Positions 1-7,727 are shown, counted from the first letter of the stretch. The stretch: DNA of 10,409 nucleotides from Promethearchaeota archaeon (GCA_048939625.1 JBHLPH010000047.1:1-10409); one strand, 5' to 3'. Numbers and translations: made by a program. The notes: generated from the sequence alone by a model not told the origin.

Positions 1-150
1 CCATTAACCTTAATTGTGGGAATATATGGGATGAACTTTCCAAGCATGCCCGAATATCACTTTCCATTTAGCTATCCTATTCTCCTACTTGTAATGCTGG
101 GAATCGGTTTAGGGTTAATCTTGTATTTCCGGAAAAAGCGATGGCTCTAA
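1..150 (+). CDS. corA: CorA-family Mg2+/Co2+ transporter, C-terminal fragment (runs off the left edge of the window)
   Basis: Not in the ORF track. Frame 1 reads PLTLIVGIYGMNFPSMPEYHFPFSYPILLLVMLGIGLGLILYFRKKRWL*: the CorA YGMNF signature, an MPEx loop, a second TM helix and the typical basic FRKKxWL C-terminus. Confidence 0.93.
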   Translation, partial: PLTLIVGIYGMNFPSMPEYHFPFSYPILLLVMLGIGLGLILYFRKKRWL

Positions 151-211
151 AAGGAAGTTCTTTCTGTCAAACGAAATAACCGAGTGAATAAGTATCCGAA
201 TTTGAAGGGTT

Positions 212-2011
212 TTGAACTCCGTGAATGATACCAAATATAAGAGCGCGACACGCTACCAGCTTGCCGCATTAGGCCGTTATCCAGGCACTACAATTGTAGC
301 TACAGCACTTGCGCTTTTTGCATCATATCTCTTGACACTTCCTGCCATTGTTATTGGGAATGCCATTAACATTCTTGAAACTGAAGGATTTTCTGCCATG
401 TTCATCATGCAGGTGTGGTCAATTCTTGGAATTGCGTTGGCTTTGTTTCTCACGATTCTTCTTGTTGGATATGCTTTTGCATTGATTACTCTTCGATGGG
501 AACGGGATGCACGTCAAGAATTTTTTGAGTTAGTGCAAGAAAACAGTATGACCTTTCACGACCAAGTGGATAGTAAACAACTTCTGGCTGTGGCAATGCA
601 AGATGTCCGATGGGTTCGCTTCTCCCTTAATCCTGCACTTCGAAATATCATCTCAGCAATAGGTACGTTGATTATTGCCTCGATTTTTCTAGGTTTAATG
701 GATACCTGGTTAGGCGTCATCGTCGTAATTGGAACCCCTCTCTACCTTTATTTCGCATATCGGTATGCGGTGAAAATCGAACCTGTCCGCCGGACACGAT
801 CTGAACAGAATGAAACGATTACAGCCATTAGCCAGGAAGTATTTCGAGGAATCGAGGTTGTGCGTGCATTTGGATCAGAGGACCGGGAACAAGAGAAATT
901 TAATGGAGCCGCCGGAGTATATGAGGAACTTACTGCCCGAGAGGGCAAACTTGGAGCTTTTTACTTACCGACCCTTATTCTAGTCGCGATTACTACTCTT
1001 GCCTTTGTTTATGGAGCAAGCTTGGTCTTGAATGGAACCTGGACCGTTGGAATGCTTGTGACTGCCTTGGGATTGTTTGCAGCAATTGAAAGTTTTAGTT
1101 TCATGCTTCCACGTTTCTTACTTGTTATTCGTGGGGGATACATCAATGCCCAACGAATCATTGATGTGTTAAATTGGAAAGATCCTTTGCAGGAACCTGA
1201 GGAAGGGGTAACTGGAATCGATTGGACTGGAGACATTGTGTTTGATAACGTCAGTTTTCAATATACCAGTGAAAACGGTTCAAATAATCCCTACGCGATT
1301 AAAAATATCAATCTTAACATTCCAAGTGGCTCCCGCGTAGCCCTTATTGGGGGCCCAGGAGGCGGCAAGAGCACCATTCTTAAACTTCTTTTACGTCTTT
1401 ACGATCCCACAGAAGGAAGAATTCTCATCGGAGGAGTTGACCTCCATAAGGTTCTTACTCGTGATGTACGGGCAGCAGTGGGTCTCGTTGAACAAGACAC
1501 TTTCCTGTTTCGCATGAGTGTCCGCGATAATATTGGTTTTGGATGCGTCGATGCATGCGAAGAAGAGATCATTGATGCTGCGAAGAAAGCTCAAGCCCAC
1601 GAGTTTATTATGGAATTAGCTCAAGGCTATGATACGATAATTGGAGAGCGAGGAATGACTCTCAGTGGTGGTCAACGTCAGCGCCTTGCCATCGCACGCA
1701 CTCTTGTCCAGAACCCAAAAATTCTCTTGTTAGACGATTCCGTGAGCGCTATCGATGCTCAAACTGAATATTCTTTAAGAAAAGCCCTTGATGAAGTCAT
1801 GAAAAATCGAACCAGCATCACGGTCACCCAACGCCTCCGAACACTTCTCGAATCGGATCTCATTGTGATTGTTGATAAAGGAAAAATCGTGGCCACAGGC
1901 TCTCATGACGAGTTAATTCAGACATCTGAGAATTATCAGCGCATCTTCGAACGACTTCCTGGCGCATTGCCATATGTCAAGAAAATTCCAAACCAAGGGG
2001 AGAGTAACTAA
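212..2011 (+). CDS. ABC exporter half-transporter (TMD+NBD), degenerate-site subunit of a heterodimer
   Basis: About 6 TM segments followed by an NBD: Walker A GGPGGGKS, signature LSGGQRQR, Walker B ILLLDD (D replaces the catalytic E), switch TQR (Q replaces H). Start is TTG 212 or GTG 221. Confidence 0.93.
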   Translation: MNSVNDTKYKSATRYQLAALGRYPGTTIVATALALFASYLLTLPAIVIGNAINILETEGFSAMFIMQVWSILGIALALFLTILLVGYAFALITLRWERDARQEFFELVQENSMTFHDQVDSKQLLAVAMQDVRWVRFSLNPALRNIISAIGTLIIASIFLGLMDTWLGVIVVIGTPLYLYFAYRYAVKIEPVRRTRSEQNETITAISQEVFRGIEVVRAFGSEDREQEKFNGAAGVYEELTAREGKLGAFYLPTLILVAITTLAFVYGASLVLNGTWTVGMLVTALGLFAAIESFSFMLPRFLLVIRGGYINAQRIIDVLNWKDPLQEPEEGVTGIDWTGDIVFDNVSFQYTSENGSNNPYAIKNINLNIPSGSRVALIGGPGGGKSTILKLLLRLYDPTEGRILIGGVDLHKVLTRDVRAAVGLVEQDTFLFRMSVRDNIGFGCVDACEEEIIDAAKKAQAHEFIMELAQGYDTIIGERGMTLSGGQRQRLAIARTLVQNPKILLLDDSVSAIDAQTEYSLRKALDEVMKNRTSITVTQRLRTLLESDLIVIVDKGKIVATGSHDELIQTSENYQRIFERLPGALPYVKKIPNQGESN

Positions 2012-3927
2012 TGGCGATACGTCGAGGTCCAACTGCATTTGCTGGGGAACGGCACAAGCGAAGTCGTCCCATGGGAGTTCTGCTTAGAGCTCAATTTGGC
2101 TACCTCGGTCGGTTCAAAAAACTCATCGTGGTTGCAGCCACGTTTGCCATTATCGCAACGATCTTTCGTTCATTTGATCCTATCATTCTTGCGAGTGGCA
2201 TCAACCTCGTGCTTGTTCCAGGTGCTCCTTTGAGTGCTGTTCTTTTTCTGGGTGTAATCTATGTCATATTGCGAGTGGCAAGTTGGTTCTTGAGTTCACT
2301 GTATACGTGGATACTTTCAGGAGCCCAAGCTGGCTATGTCCGTTCGCTTCAGCAAGATATCTACAGAAAACTCGTGAGTACAGATTTGTCCTATTTTCGA
2401 GCCAAACAAAGTGGAGAAGTAACTTCACGTGTTACAACGGATACAGATAATCTTGCAGTTGGAATTCAGATTGTCATTGATTTCTCAAGCCAGTTACTAT
2501 TGCTCATTGCTACTTTTATCATCATGTGGCTTGTGAACCCATTAATTGCAATTAGTTCACTTGTTGTTGTTCCAGTTGTCATTATCATTGTAATTCTATT
2601 TGGCACCGTGGGGCAACGAACCATGCTTGCATCACAACGGGCAACAGGTTTTGTATCTGGACAGATAGCTGAAAACCTCAGTGGCATCCATATAGCAAAA
2701 GCTTTCAACCGCGAAGATGAGACTGCAGCTATCCTCAGCGAACTCAACCAGGAATCCTACCAGCATGGATTTCGGTTTATGATGCTTATGACTCTCATGA
2801 TGCCATTGGTTCGAGCAACAGGAATTGCAGCGGTTGCAGCCGTTTTATTCGTTGGTGGAAGCCTAGCTATCGGAGCTTTGCCAATCCTTACTCTTGGTGA
2901 AGTGTTTCTTGGCGTCATTCTCGTTCAACGATTCTTGTGGCCACTTCTAAGCGTGAGTATGATGGCCACCCAATTTCAAGCATCATTAGCCTCCATGGAT
3001 CGTGTTCTGGACATTCTTGAAGCTGAACCTTCTATTCAAAACAAAGCGGATGCGACGCCAATTAGTCCAAAAAGTGATGGTATCACCTTTGATGATGTTA
3101 CCTTCAGCTACATTGAGGGTGCAGAGGTATTGGAAAACGTGAGTTTTATGGTTCAACCCGGCGAGCTAGTGGCGATTGTCGGACACACAGGAGCTGGAAA
3201 AACCACAATTGCAGCCCTTATTAACCGGTTCTACGACCCTCAAAGTGGAAGTGTCCGGATTGGGAATCAAGATATTCGGGAAATAACCCTGGAATCGCTC
3301 CATAACACAGTCGCACTCATTGCCCAGGAGCCTTATCTCTTCGATGATACCGTGATGGAAAATATCCGCTATGGCCGTCCCGAAGCCACTGACGAGGAAA
3401 TCCTTCAGCTTTCACGCTTAATCGGCGCTCATGATTTCATCGAAGTCTTACCTCAGGGTTATGAGACCGAACTAACTGAAGGGGGCAAAAATCTTAGTGC
3501 TGGGCAGGTGCAAATGATTTCGATTGCACGCACTATGTTAGCCGATCCCAAAATTCTGATTTTAGATGAGGCGACCAGTCGTTTAGACGCCTACTCGGAA
3601 TCCCTAGTCCAGGCAGCCCAAGAACAGCTTTTTTCCAAACGAACTACTATAGTGATTGCACACAGACTGACTACAATCGCAAACGCATCTCGAGTCCTAG
3701 TATTTGAAGATGGGAAGATCATAGAGCGGGGTACCCATCAAGAGCTCCTTGATCTTGGAGGCCATTACAAAGCCTTGTATGAGACCTATTATGCCCATCA
3801 GTCAGTCGAAGAAATTTCTGAAGAGATCCTCAAAGTTGCTCAAGAAACACTAGCAAAGGGAGATCGCCCAGCGAATCCCTCTCAGAATCCAGGTGTAAAA
3901 AGACAAAATCGTCGTAAAGAGAATTAA
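2011..3927 (+). CDS. ABC exporter half-transporter (TMD+NBD), consensus-site subunit of a heterodimer
   Basis: Walker A GHTGAGKT, degenerate signature LSAGQVQM, Walker B ILILDE, switch AHR. The start overlaps the upstream stop (TAATG at 2009-2013). Confidence 0.94.
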   Translation: MAIRRGPTAFAGERHKRSRPMGVLLRAQFGYLGRFKKLIVVAATFAIIATIFRSFDPIILASGINLVLVPGAPLSAVLFLGVIYVILRVASWFLSSLYTWILSGAQAGYVRSLQQDIYRKLVSTDLSYFRAKQSGEVTSRVTTDTDNLAVGIQIVIDFSSQLLLLIATFIIMWLVNPLIAISSLVVVPVVIIIVILFGTVGQRTMLASQRATGFVSGQIAENLSGIHIAKAFNREDETAAILSELNQESYQHGFRFMMLMTLMMPLVRATGIAAVAAVLFVGGSLAIGALPILTLGEVFLGVILVQRFLWPLLSVSMMATQFQASLASMDRVLDILEAEPSIQNKADATPISPKSDGITFDDVTFSYIEGAEVLENVSFMVQPGELVAIVGHTGAGKTTIAALINRFYDPQSGSVRIGNQDIREITLESLHNTVALIAQEPYLFDDTVMENIRYGRPEATDEEILQLSRLIGAHDFIEVLPQGYETELTEGGKNLSAGQVQMISIARTMLADPKILILDEATSRLDAYSESLVQAAQEQLFSKRTTIVIAHRLTTIANASRVLVFEDGKIIERGTHQELLDLGGHYKALYETYYAHQSVEEISEEILKVAQETLAKGDRPANPSQNPGVKRQNRRKEN

Positions 3928-4005
3928 TTTCCAACGCCTTTCTAGTTGGTAAATCCACTAGCCTCTAGGGAATGTAACGCACCGGGAAATGGGATTGAGG
4001 AATCA

Positions 4006-4494
4006 CTAGGTTGATTTTTCGAAATTACGAACAACCCAATGCCCAAGACTCTGGATGATGATGCTCACACCAACGAATACGATGAACCACCCGGAAAATA
4101 CTGCAAAGGCGCTAGTGGGAGTGTAATTCAAGAATAGGTTATAGGCAGCCCAGGTGATCCCTGCACTCATGATGATGCTACCAACACCATCGATTTGCCG
4201 ATCATAAGAGTCTCGAAAGACGACCCGAAGCGCTAGTACAACGATATTAGTGATAATGGTTCCAAGGAAGAAGAGGTACATCGTCTCATAAACGTACACA
4301 TGGGCAAGGGGGGTTTGGGGTGACCACCACCAGATGCCAGGAGATACTTCAATCCACTGCAAGTCTAAGATGAAGTTAAATCCTGAAGGAATTAGGAGTG
4401 GACGGATAACTATGAATACTGCAATCAGGATGAGAATCAAGCCCGCATTGACTATGCCGATAATATCTGGATCTTGATGCGATTTCTTACTCAC
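4006..4494 (-). CDS. Uncharacterised integral membrane protein (~4 TM)
   Basis: Long ORF with four hydrophobic segments. GGAGG at 4507-4503 is best spaced for GTG 4494 (ATG 4500 is possible). It begins ~25-30 bp after the zinc-ribbon gene, so the two are probably co-transcribed. Confidence 0.8.
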   Translation of the reverse strand: MSKKSHQDPDIIGIVNAGLILILIAVFIVIRPLLIPSGFNFILDLQWIEVSPGIWWWSPQTPLAHVYVYETMYLFFLGTIITNIVVLALRVVFRDSYDRQIDGVGSIIMSAGITWAAYNLFLNYTPTSAFAVFSGWFIVFVGVSIIIQSLGHWVVRNFEKST

Positions 4495-4524
4495 TATCAT
4501 AACCTCCAAATCATGATGCGTCTT

Positions 4525-4854
4525 TCATGCCTCCACCCTCATCCGACGTTTATGTCGAATCGAGTTTAGTGCAAAGATGATAATTAGAGCTCCGAAGATA
4601 ATCCCTATGATTGGGCCGATAACAAACCAAATGGGAATTTGTATGACGAGAGCGAGCCCCAATACTATCACAACGATACCAGCGATGACTCCAAAAATAG
4701 CGCCACCACCAGCGATGCCAAAGCATTCTTCTTCAGCTCGTTCACCATATTTCACACGCCAAGGACGTTTGACCGGCGCCAAAGGAGCACCACACTTCTT
4801 GCAAAAATCAGCCTCATCGGCGTTTTCAACACCGCATTTCTGGCAATAGACCAT
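4525..4854 (-). CDS. Zinc-ribbon (zinc_ribbon_2-type) protein with two C-terminal TM helices, 109 aa
   Basis: Start reassigned to ATG 4854 (MVYCQKCG..FCKKCG), with a strong RBS GGTGAGGTG at 4869-4861. CxxCG-x9-CxxCG, then an EECFG motif, a hydrophobic hairpin and a basic tail. Confidence 0.88.
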   Translation of the reverse strand: MVYCQKCGVENADEADFCKKCGAPLAPVKRPWRVKYGERAEEECFGIAGGGAIFGVIAGIVVIVLGLALVIQIPIWFVIGPIIGIIFGALIIIFALNSIRHKRRMRVEA

Positions 4855-4888
4855 GAGGAACACCTCACCCAGCTGTAGCAACCTTCCT

Positions 4889-4903
4889 GCTCTTAAGACT
4901 TTG
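4889..4903 (-). promoter_or_regulatory. Putative BRE/TATA promoter of the zinc-ribbon/membrane operon
   Basis: Minus strand CAAAGTCTTAAGAGC. The octamer ends 35 bp from the ATG and is matched at the same spacing upstream of the paralog at 7693. Confidence 0.6.
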
Positions 4904-4939
4904 GGGAACACGCAAAACCTCAACCAAAACAAAACTCGT

Positions 4940-4962
4940 GAAAGAGAAGTTTTTATTAAGAG
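4940..4962 (+). promoter_or_regulatory. Putative BRE/TATA promoter, divergent from the one at ~4895
   Basis: Purine-rich GAAAGAGAAG followed by TTTTTATTAAGAG. The expected start site is ~4982-4985, with no ORF immediately downstream. Confidence 0.6.
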
Positions 4963-4983
4963 AACACGTACGACTCTAGTCGT

Positions 4984-5083
4984 AGAGGGACTAGTATCAA
5001 ACCCTGAACTGGAGTGACGAATATTCAGGCACCACTTACTCCCCTAGAAACCATTCCCTCTCCCCTCCAATTGTGTCCTTTTT
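4984..5083 (+). ncRNA. Candidate structured small RNA or 5' leader (no known family recognised)
   Basis: Begins where the TATA box predicts. Nested stems AGAGGGA/TCCCTCT, CTAG/CTAG and CCTGAA/TTCAGG; loop GGAGTGA is complementary to downstream TTACTCC; ends in a T5 tract at 5079-5083. Confidence 0.42.
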
Positions 5084-5140
5084 GTGGGGCCTGGATCGCC
5101 ATAGCTCCGGTTCACCAATTTCTCTTGTCGAGTGTAGACT

Positions 5141-5152
5141 AAAAGGTTAAAT
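5141..5152 (+). promoter_or_regulatory. Putative BRE/TATA promoter for the radical SAM operon
   Basis: AAAAGGTTAAAT about 50 bp upstream of GTG 5201; possible RBS GGGTGG at 5184-5189. Confidence 0.4.
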
Positions 5153-5200
5153 TGGGGAGCTAGTGATAGCGGAGCTACGGTTTGGGTGGATTGTATCGTT

Positions 5201-6619
5201 GTGAAGGTTTTGTTTATTGAGCCTCCGAAAGAGCCCTGGTTTGTGATGGGCGAATATTTGCCACCTCCGTTGGCACTTTTGTGTTTAGCAGCCTATTTAG
5301 AGAAACATTTTCCTGGAGTCGAAATACAAGTTATGGACTGCCAGGCAGAAGAAGCCAAATGGTCTGAAGTGAAAGAACGAATAGCCACCGTTTCACCTGA
5401 TATTGTGGCTCCGAGTACTGTTTCAACGTGCAATGCGAACATAACACTTCGCACCTTGGATATAGCAAAAGAGGTCGATGCAGGGATTGTCACGATCGCG
5501 GGGAGTCAGCATTTTTCAGTTCTAGCCCAAGAAGCATTGGAAGCACACCCTCAGCTTGATCTGGTTGTGCGAGGAGAAGGCGAAGTTACGCTTCTCGAAG
5601 TATTGAAGGCTCTTGACCAAGGCGAACCGCTGAACAGGGTAAAAGGAGTTTCATTTCGTGACAAAAAGGGAATTGTGCACACACCGAATCGCCCCTTAAT
5701 TAAAGATTTGAACAGCCTGCCTTTTCCAGGCTATCATTTCGTGCATGAACATATGTCAAAATACCGATTTCCTGCTGGACGAGATTTACCCTATGCTTTG
5801 GTTGAGGGGAGCCGTGGTTGCGCGCATTCTTGTTCGTTTTGCAGTCAATGGCGTTATTGGGGACCGTGCCGCCAGAAATCACCAGAAAGAGTGGCAGATG
5901 AATTTGAATACCTGTATCGGGAATTTGGTAGCCGATTTCTGTGGCTAACTGATGATTACGTCCAATTGAATGAGTGGATGAACACCTTCTGTGATGAGCT
6001 ACTTCAACGGGGCATTACAGAGGATTTAATGTGGTTTTTCCAAACTCGAGCAGATCAGATCGTAGCGGGAAAGGAGCTACTGCCGAAACTCCGACAGACT
6101 GGGCTTCAGTGGGTGATGACTGGATTAGAAAGTCATGATGAAAAGATGTTAAAACAGTACCGAAAAGGAATTAGCGTGTCCATCGGTAAAGAGGCCATCC
6201 AACTGTTAAAGGAAAACGATATTCTTTCCCAGACAACAGCGATTATCGGTCATTGCCAGGATTCTCATCAATCGCTTGAAGCTTTTCGGACATGGATTGA
6301 TGAAGTTGATCCGGATATTGCCGTTTTCATGGCGATGACTCCTTATCCAGGAACACCTTTGTTTGAGGAAGCGTTAGAAAAAGGCTGGATGGTAGATCCT
6401 AGATGGAATCAATTTGACATGGTACACGCTACAATGCCAACAGAGCATTTGACACGCGAACAGGTCCAGAAGGAACTTTTTGCGACTTATCGTCGGTTTT
6501 ATGGGTGGCGCCGTCGTATCGCTGGGACTTTGGCAATTAATGAGGTCAAGCGAAGCTATTATCGGCATATGATGTGGAAAGGATTTTTGGGAACACTGAA
6601 AGGACTCATTCGACTATGA
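5201..6619 (+). CDS. Cobalamin-dependent (B12-binding domain) radical SAM protein, BchE-like
   Basis: N-terminal KVLFIEPP..PPLALLCLAAYL..DLVVRGEGE B12-binding domain; RGCAHSCSFCSQW CxxxCxxC motif (5819-5842); DD, TRAD, GLES and TPYPGTPLF motifs. GTG 5201 gives the family-typical start (GTG 5186 is the alternative). Confidence 0.92.
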   Translation: MKVLFIEPPKEPWFVMGEYLPPPLALLCLAAYLEKHFPGVEIQVMDCQAEEAKWSEVKERIATVSPDIVAPSTVSTCNANITLRTLDIAKEVDAGIVTIAGSQHFSVLAQEALEAHPQLDLVVRGEGEVTLLEVLKALDQGEPLNRVKGVSFRDKKGIVHTPNRPLIKDLNSLPFPGYHFVHEHMSKYRFPAGRDLPYALVEGSRGCAHSCSFCSQWRYWGPCRQKSPERVADEFEYLYREFGSRFLWLTDDYVQLNEWMNTFCDELLQRGITEDLMWFFQTRADQIVAGKELLPKLRQTGLQWVMTGLESHDEKMLKQYRKGISVSIGKEAIQLLKENDILSQTTAIIGHCQDSHQSLEAFRTWIDEVDPDIAVFMAMTPYPGTPLFEEALEKGWMVDPRWNQFDMVHATMPTEHLTREQVQKELFATYRRFYGWRRRIAGTLAINEVKRSYYRHMMWKGFLGTLKGLIRL

Positions 6620-7356
6620 CTCGCCAGAAACACAGTTCAGGAGTAGCCATTATATCGCTTGTTGTTTCTCTCTTAGGATTGGGACTCCTGCCCATACTAT
6701 TTCTAAACCCACCTCCCACCATAGTAATTCCTTGGCAAAACACGCTCGTTGGGGCAAGTTTCGCCCTGATTTGTATTTTCGGTGTCATTGCAGGCATTTC
6801 CCCAACTCATTGCTCGCGGTGTTCTACAAAGAAGAAAACCGATTCCAATCGAGCCATGAATAAAAACCAAGCATCCTCTGGTGCTTCAATTCGTAAAAAG
6901 GGACACCATCCAACCTGTGACCAATATTCAGGTCATGTGCTCAGAATTCACTCACGAATCTTGTGTGCCGGGTGCACAGGGCTAGTAATCGGTGCAATCA
7001 TCGCTTTAATTGGTACGGGTCTGTTCTTTTTTGCCGGTTTTTATTTTCAACATGTAATCGAAATCTTCTGGATTGGATGGATTTTTGTTGCTCTTGGATT
7101 AGTGCAACATCAAGTGTATCGTGTCGTCAAAATAGAAAGGGGAGAGCTGCGATTTCTCATAAACGTCCTTTTTGTACTTGGAGCATTTTTGCTACTGGCT
7201 ACACAAATGCAAATTAACAATAACCTGCTACTCGCAGGTTACCTACTTGTTCTCATTATCTATTGGATATTCACACGGATTGTAATGTCGCGTTGGTCGC
7301 ATCAACGCATATGCACTCAGTGCGGTAGAACCGACTGCGCCCTCTCAGATGCATAG
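6616..7356 (+). CDS. Cys/His-rich polytopic membrane protein (loosely DUF2085-like CAxCTG motif)
   Basis: Start reassigned to ATG 6616, which overlaps the radical SAM stop (ATGA). About 6 TM; motifs HCSRC, GHHPTC..GH, LCAGCTG and C-terminal HQRICTQCGRTDC. The family label is tentative. Confidence 0.8.
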   Translation: MTRQKHSSGVAIISLVVSLLGLGLLPILFLNPPPTIVIPWQNTLVGASFALICIFGVIAGISPTHCSRCSTKKKTDSNRAMNKNQASSGASIRKKGHHPTCDQYSGHVLRIHSRILCAGCTGLVIGAIIALIGTGLFFFAGFYFQHVIEIFWIGWIFVALGLVQHQVYRVVKIERGELRFLINVLFVLGAFLLLATQMQINNNLLLAGYLLVLIIYWIFTRIVMSRWSHQRICTQCGRTDCALSDA

Positions 7357-7363
7357 CTAGCCT

Positions 7364-7693
7364 CTATCGTTGTCGCCGTCGTATCGAATAGATCGCTCCA
7401 GCGATGAGAAGAACTCCAAACACTAGAATGATGAATGGCCAGAAATAGGTCCAAATGTCCAATCCAAATAATGGCCCAATGGCCCAGAGAATGATGAATA
7501 CCCCAAGAATAAGACCACAAATTGCACCACCATAAGGGAGTCCGAAGCAATCGTCTTCTTCAGAACCGTAGCAATCTTTGTCTTCTTCATGAACTTTGGG
7601 TTTTACAGTTTTATCAGTAAGATGAGCTCCACATCGAGCACAAAAATCTGCATCATCTTCGTTATCATAACCACAGGCATCACAGGTTTTCAT
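7364..7693 (-). CDS. Zinc-ribbon protein with two C-terminal TM helices, 109 aa (paralog of 4525-4854)
   Basis: Start reassigned to ATG 7693 (MKTCDACG..FCARCG), with RBS AAGGAGG at 7706-7700. DCFGLPYGGAI motif, WxxFWPxI TM motif, SIRRRQR tail. Confidence 0.88.
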   Translation of the reverse strand: MKTCDACGYDNEDDADFCARCGAHLTDKTVKPKVHEEDKDCYGSEEDDCFGLPYGGAICGLILGVFIILWAIGPLFGLDIWTYFWPFIILVFGVLLIAGAIYSIRRRQR

Positions 7694-7727
7694 AAGAAGC
7701 CTCCTTGGCTCTACCATCTGGCTCCGA

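Noticed and set aside
3942-3961. Hairpin CTAG-T-TGG/CCA-CTAG between convergent genes
   Set aside because: Short, bulged and without a clear U tract; too weak to call a terminator.
4997-5010. TCAAACCCTGAACT beside a pseudoknot within an enclosing helix, superficially like a plant telomerase RNA template/core
   Set aside because: Short, imperfect match that overlaps a predicted stem; no reverse transcriptase in the window; prokaryotic context. Treated as coincidence.
5004-5020. CTGA...GTGACGA resembling D'/C' boxes of a C/D guide RNA
   Set aside because: No terminal C box or D box at guide-length spacing, and the CTGA is used in a Watson-Crick stem.
5025-5102. 25-codon minus-strand ORF MAIQAPQKGHNWRGEGMVSRGVSGA as a possible radical SAM precursor peptide
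   Set aside because: Very short, opposite strand to the enzyme, no recognisable leader or core pattern; cannot be distinguished from chance.
5086-5162. tRNA-like (GGGGCC start) or cobalamin-riboswitch-like (GGTTAAATTGGGGAG) appearance
   Set aside because: No T-loop GTTCRA or cloverleaf, and no B12-box or other riboswitch core elements.
3958-7366. Identical 10-mer CTAGCCTCTA at two convergent junctions (3958-3967 and 7357-7366)
   Set aside because: Repeated 10-mers are expected by chance in 10 kb, and the positions relative to stop codons differ.
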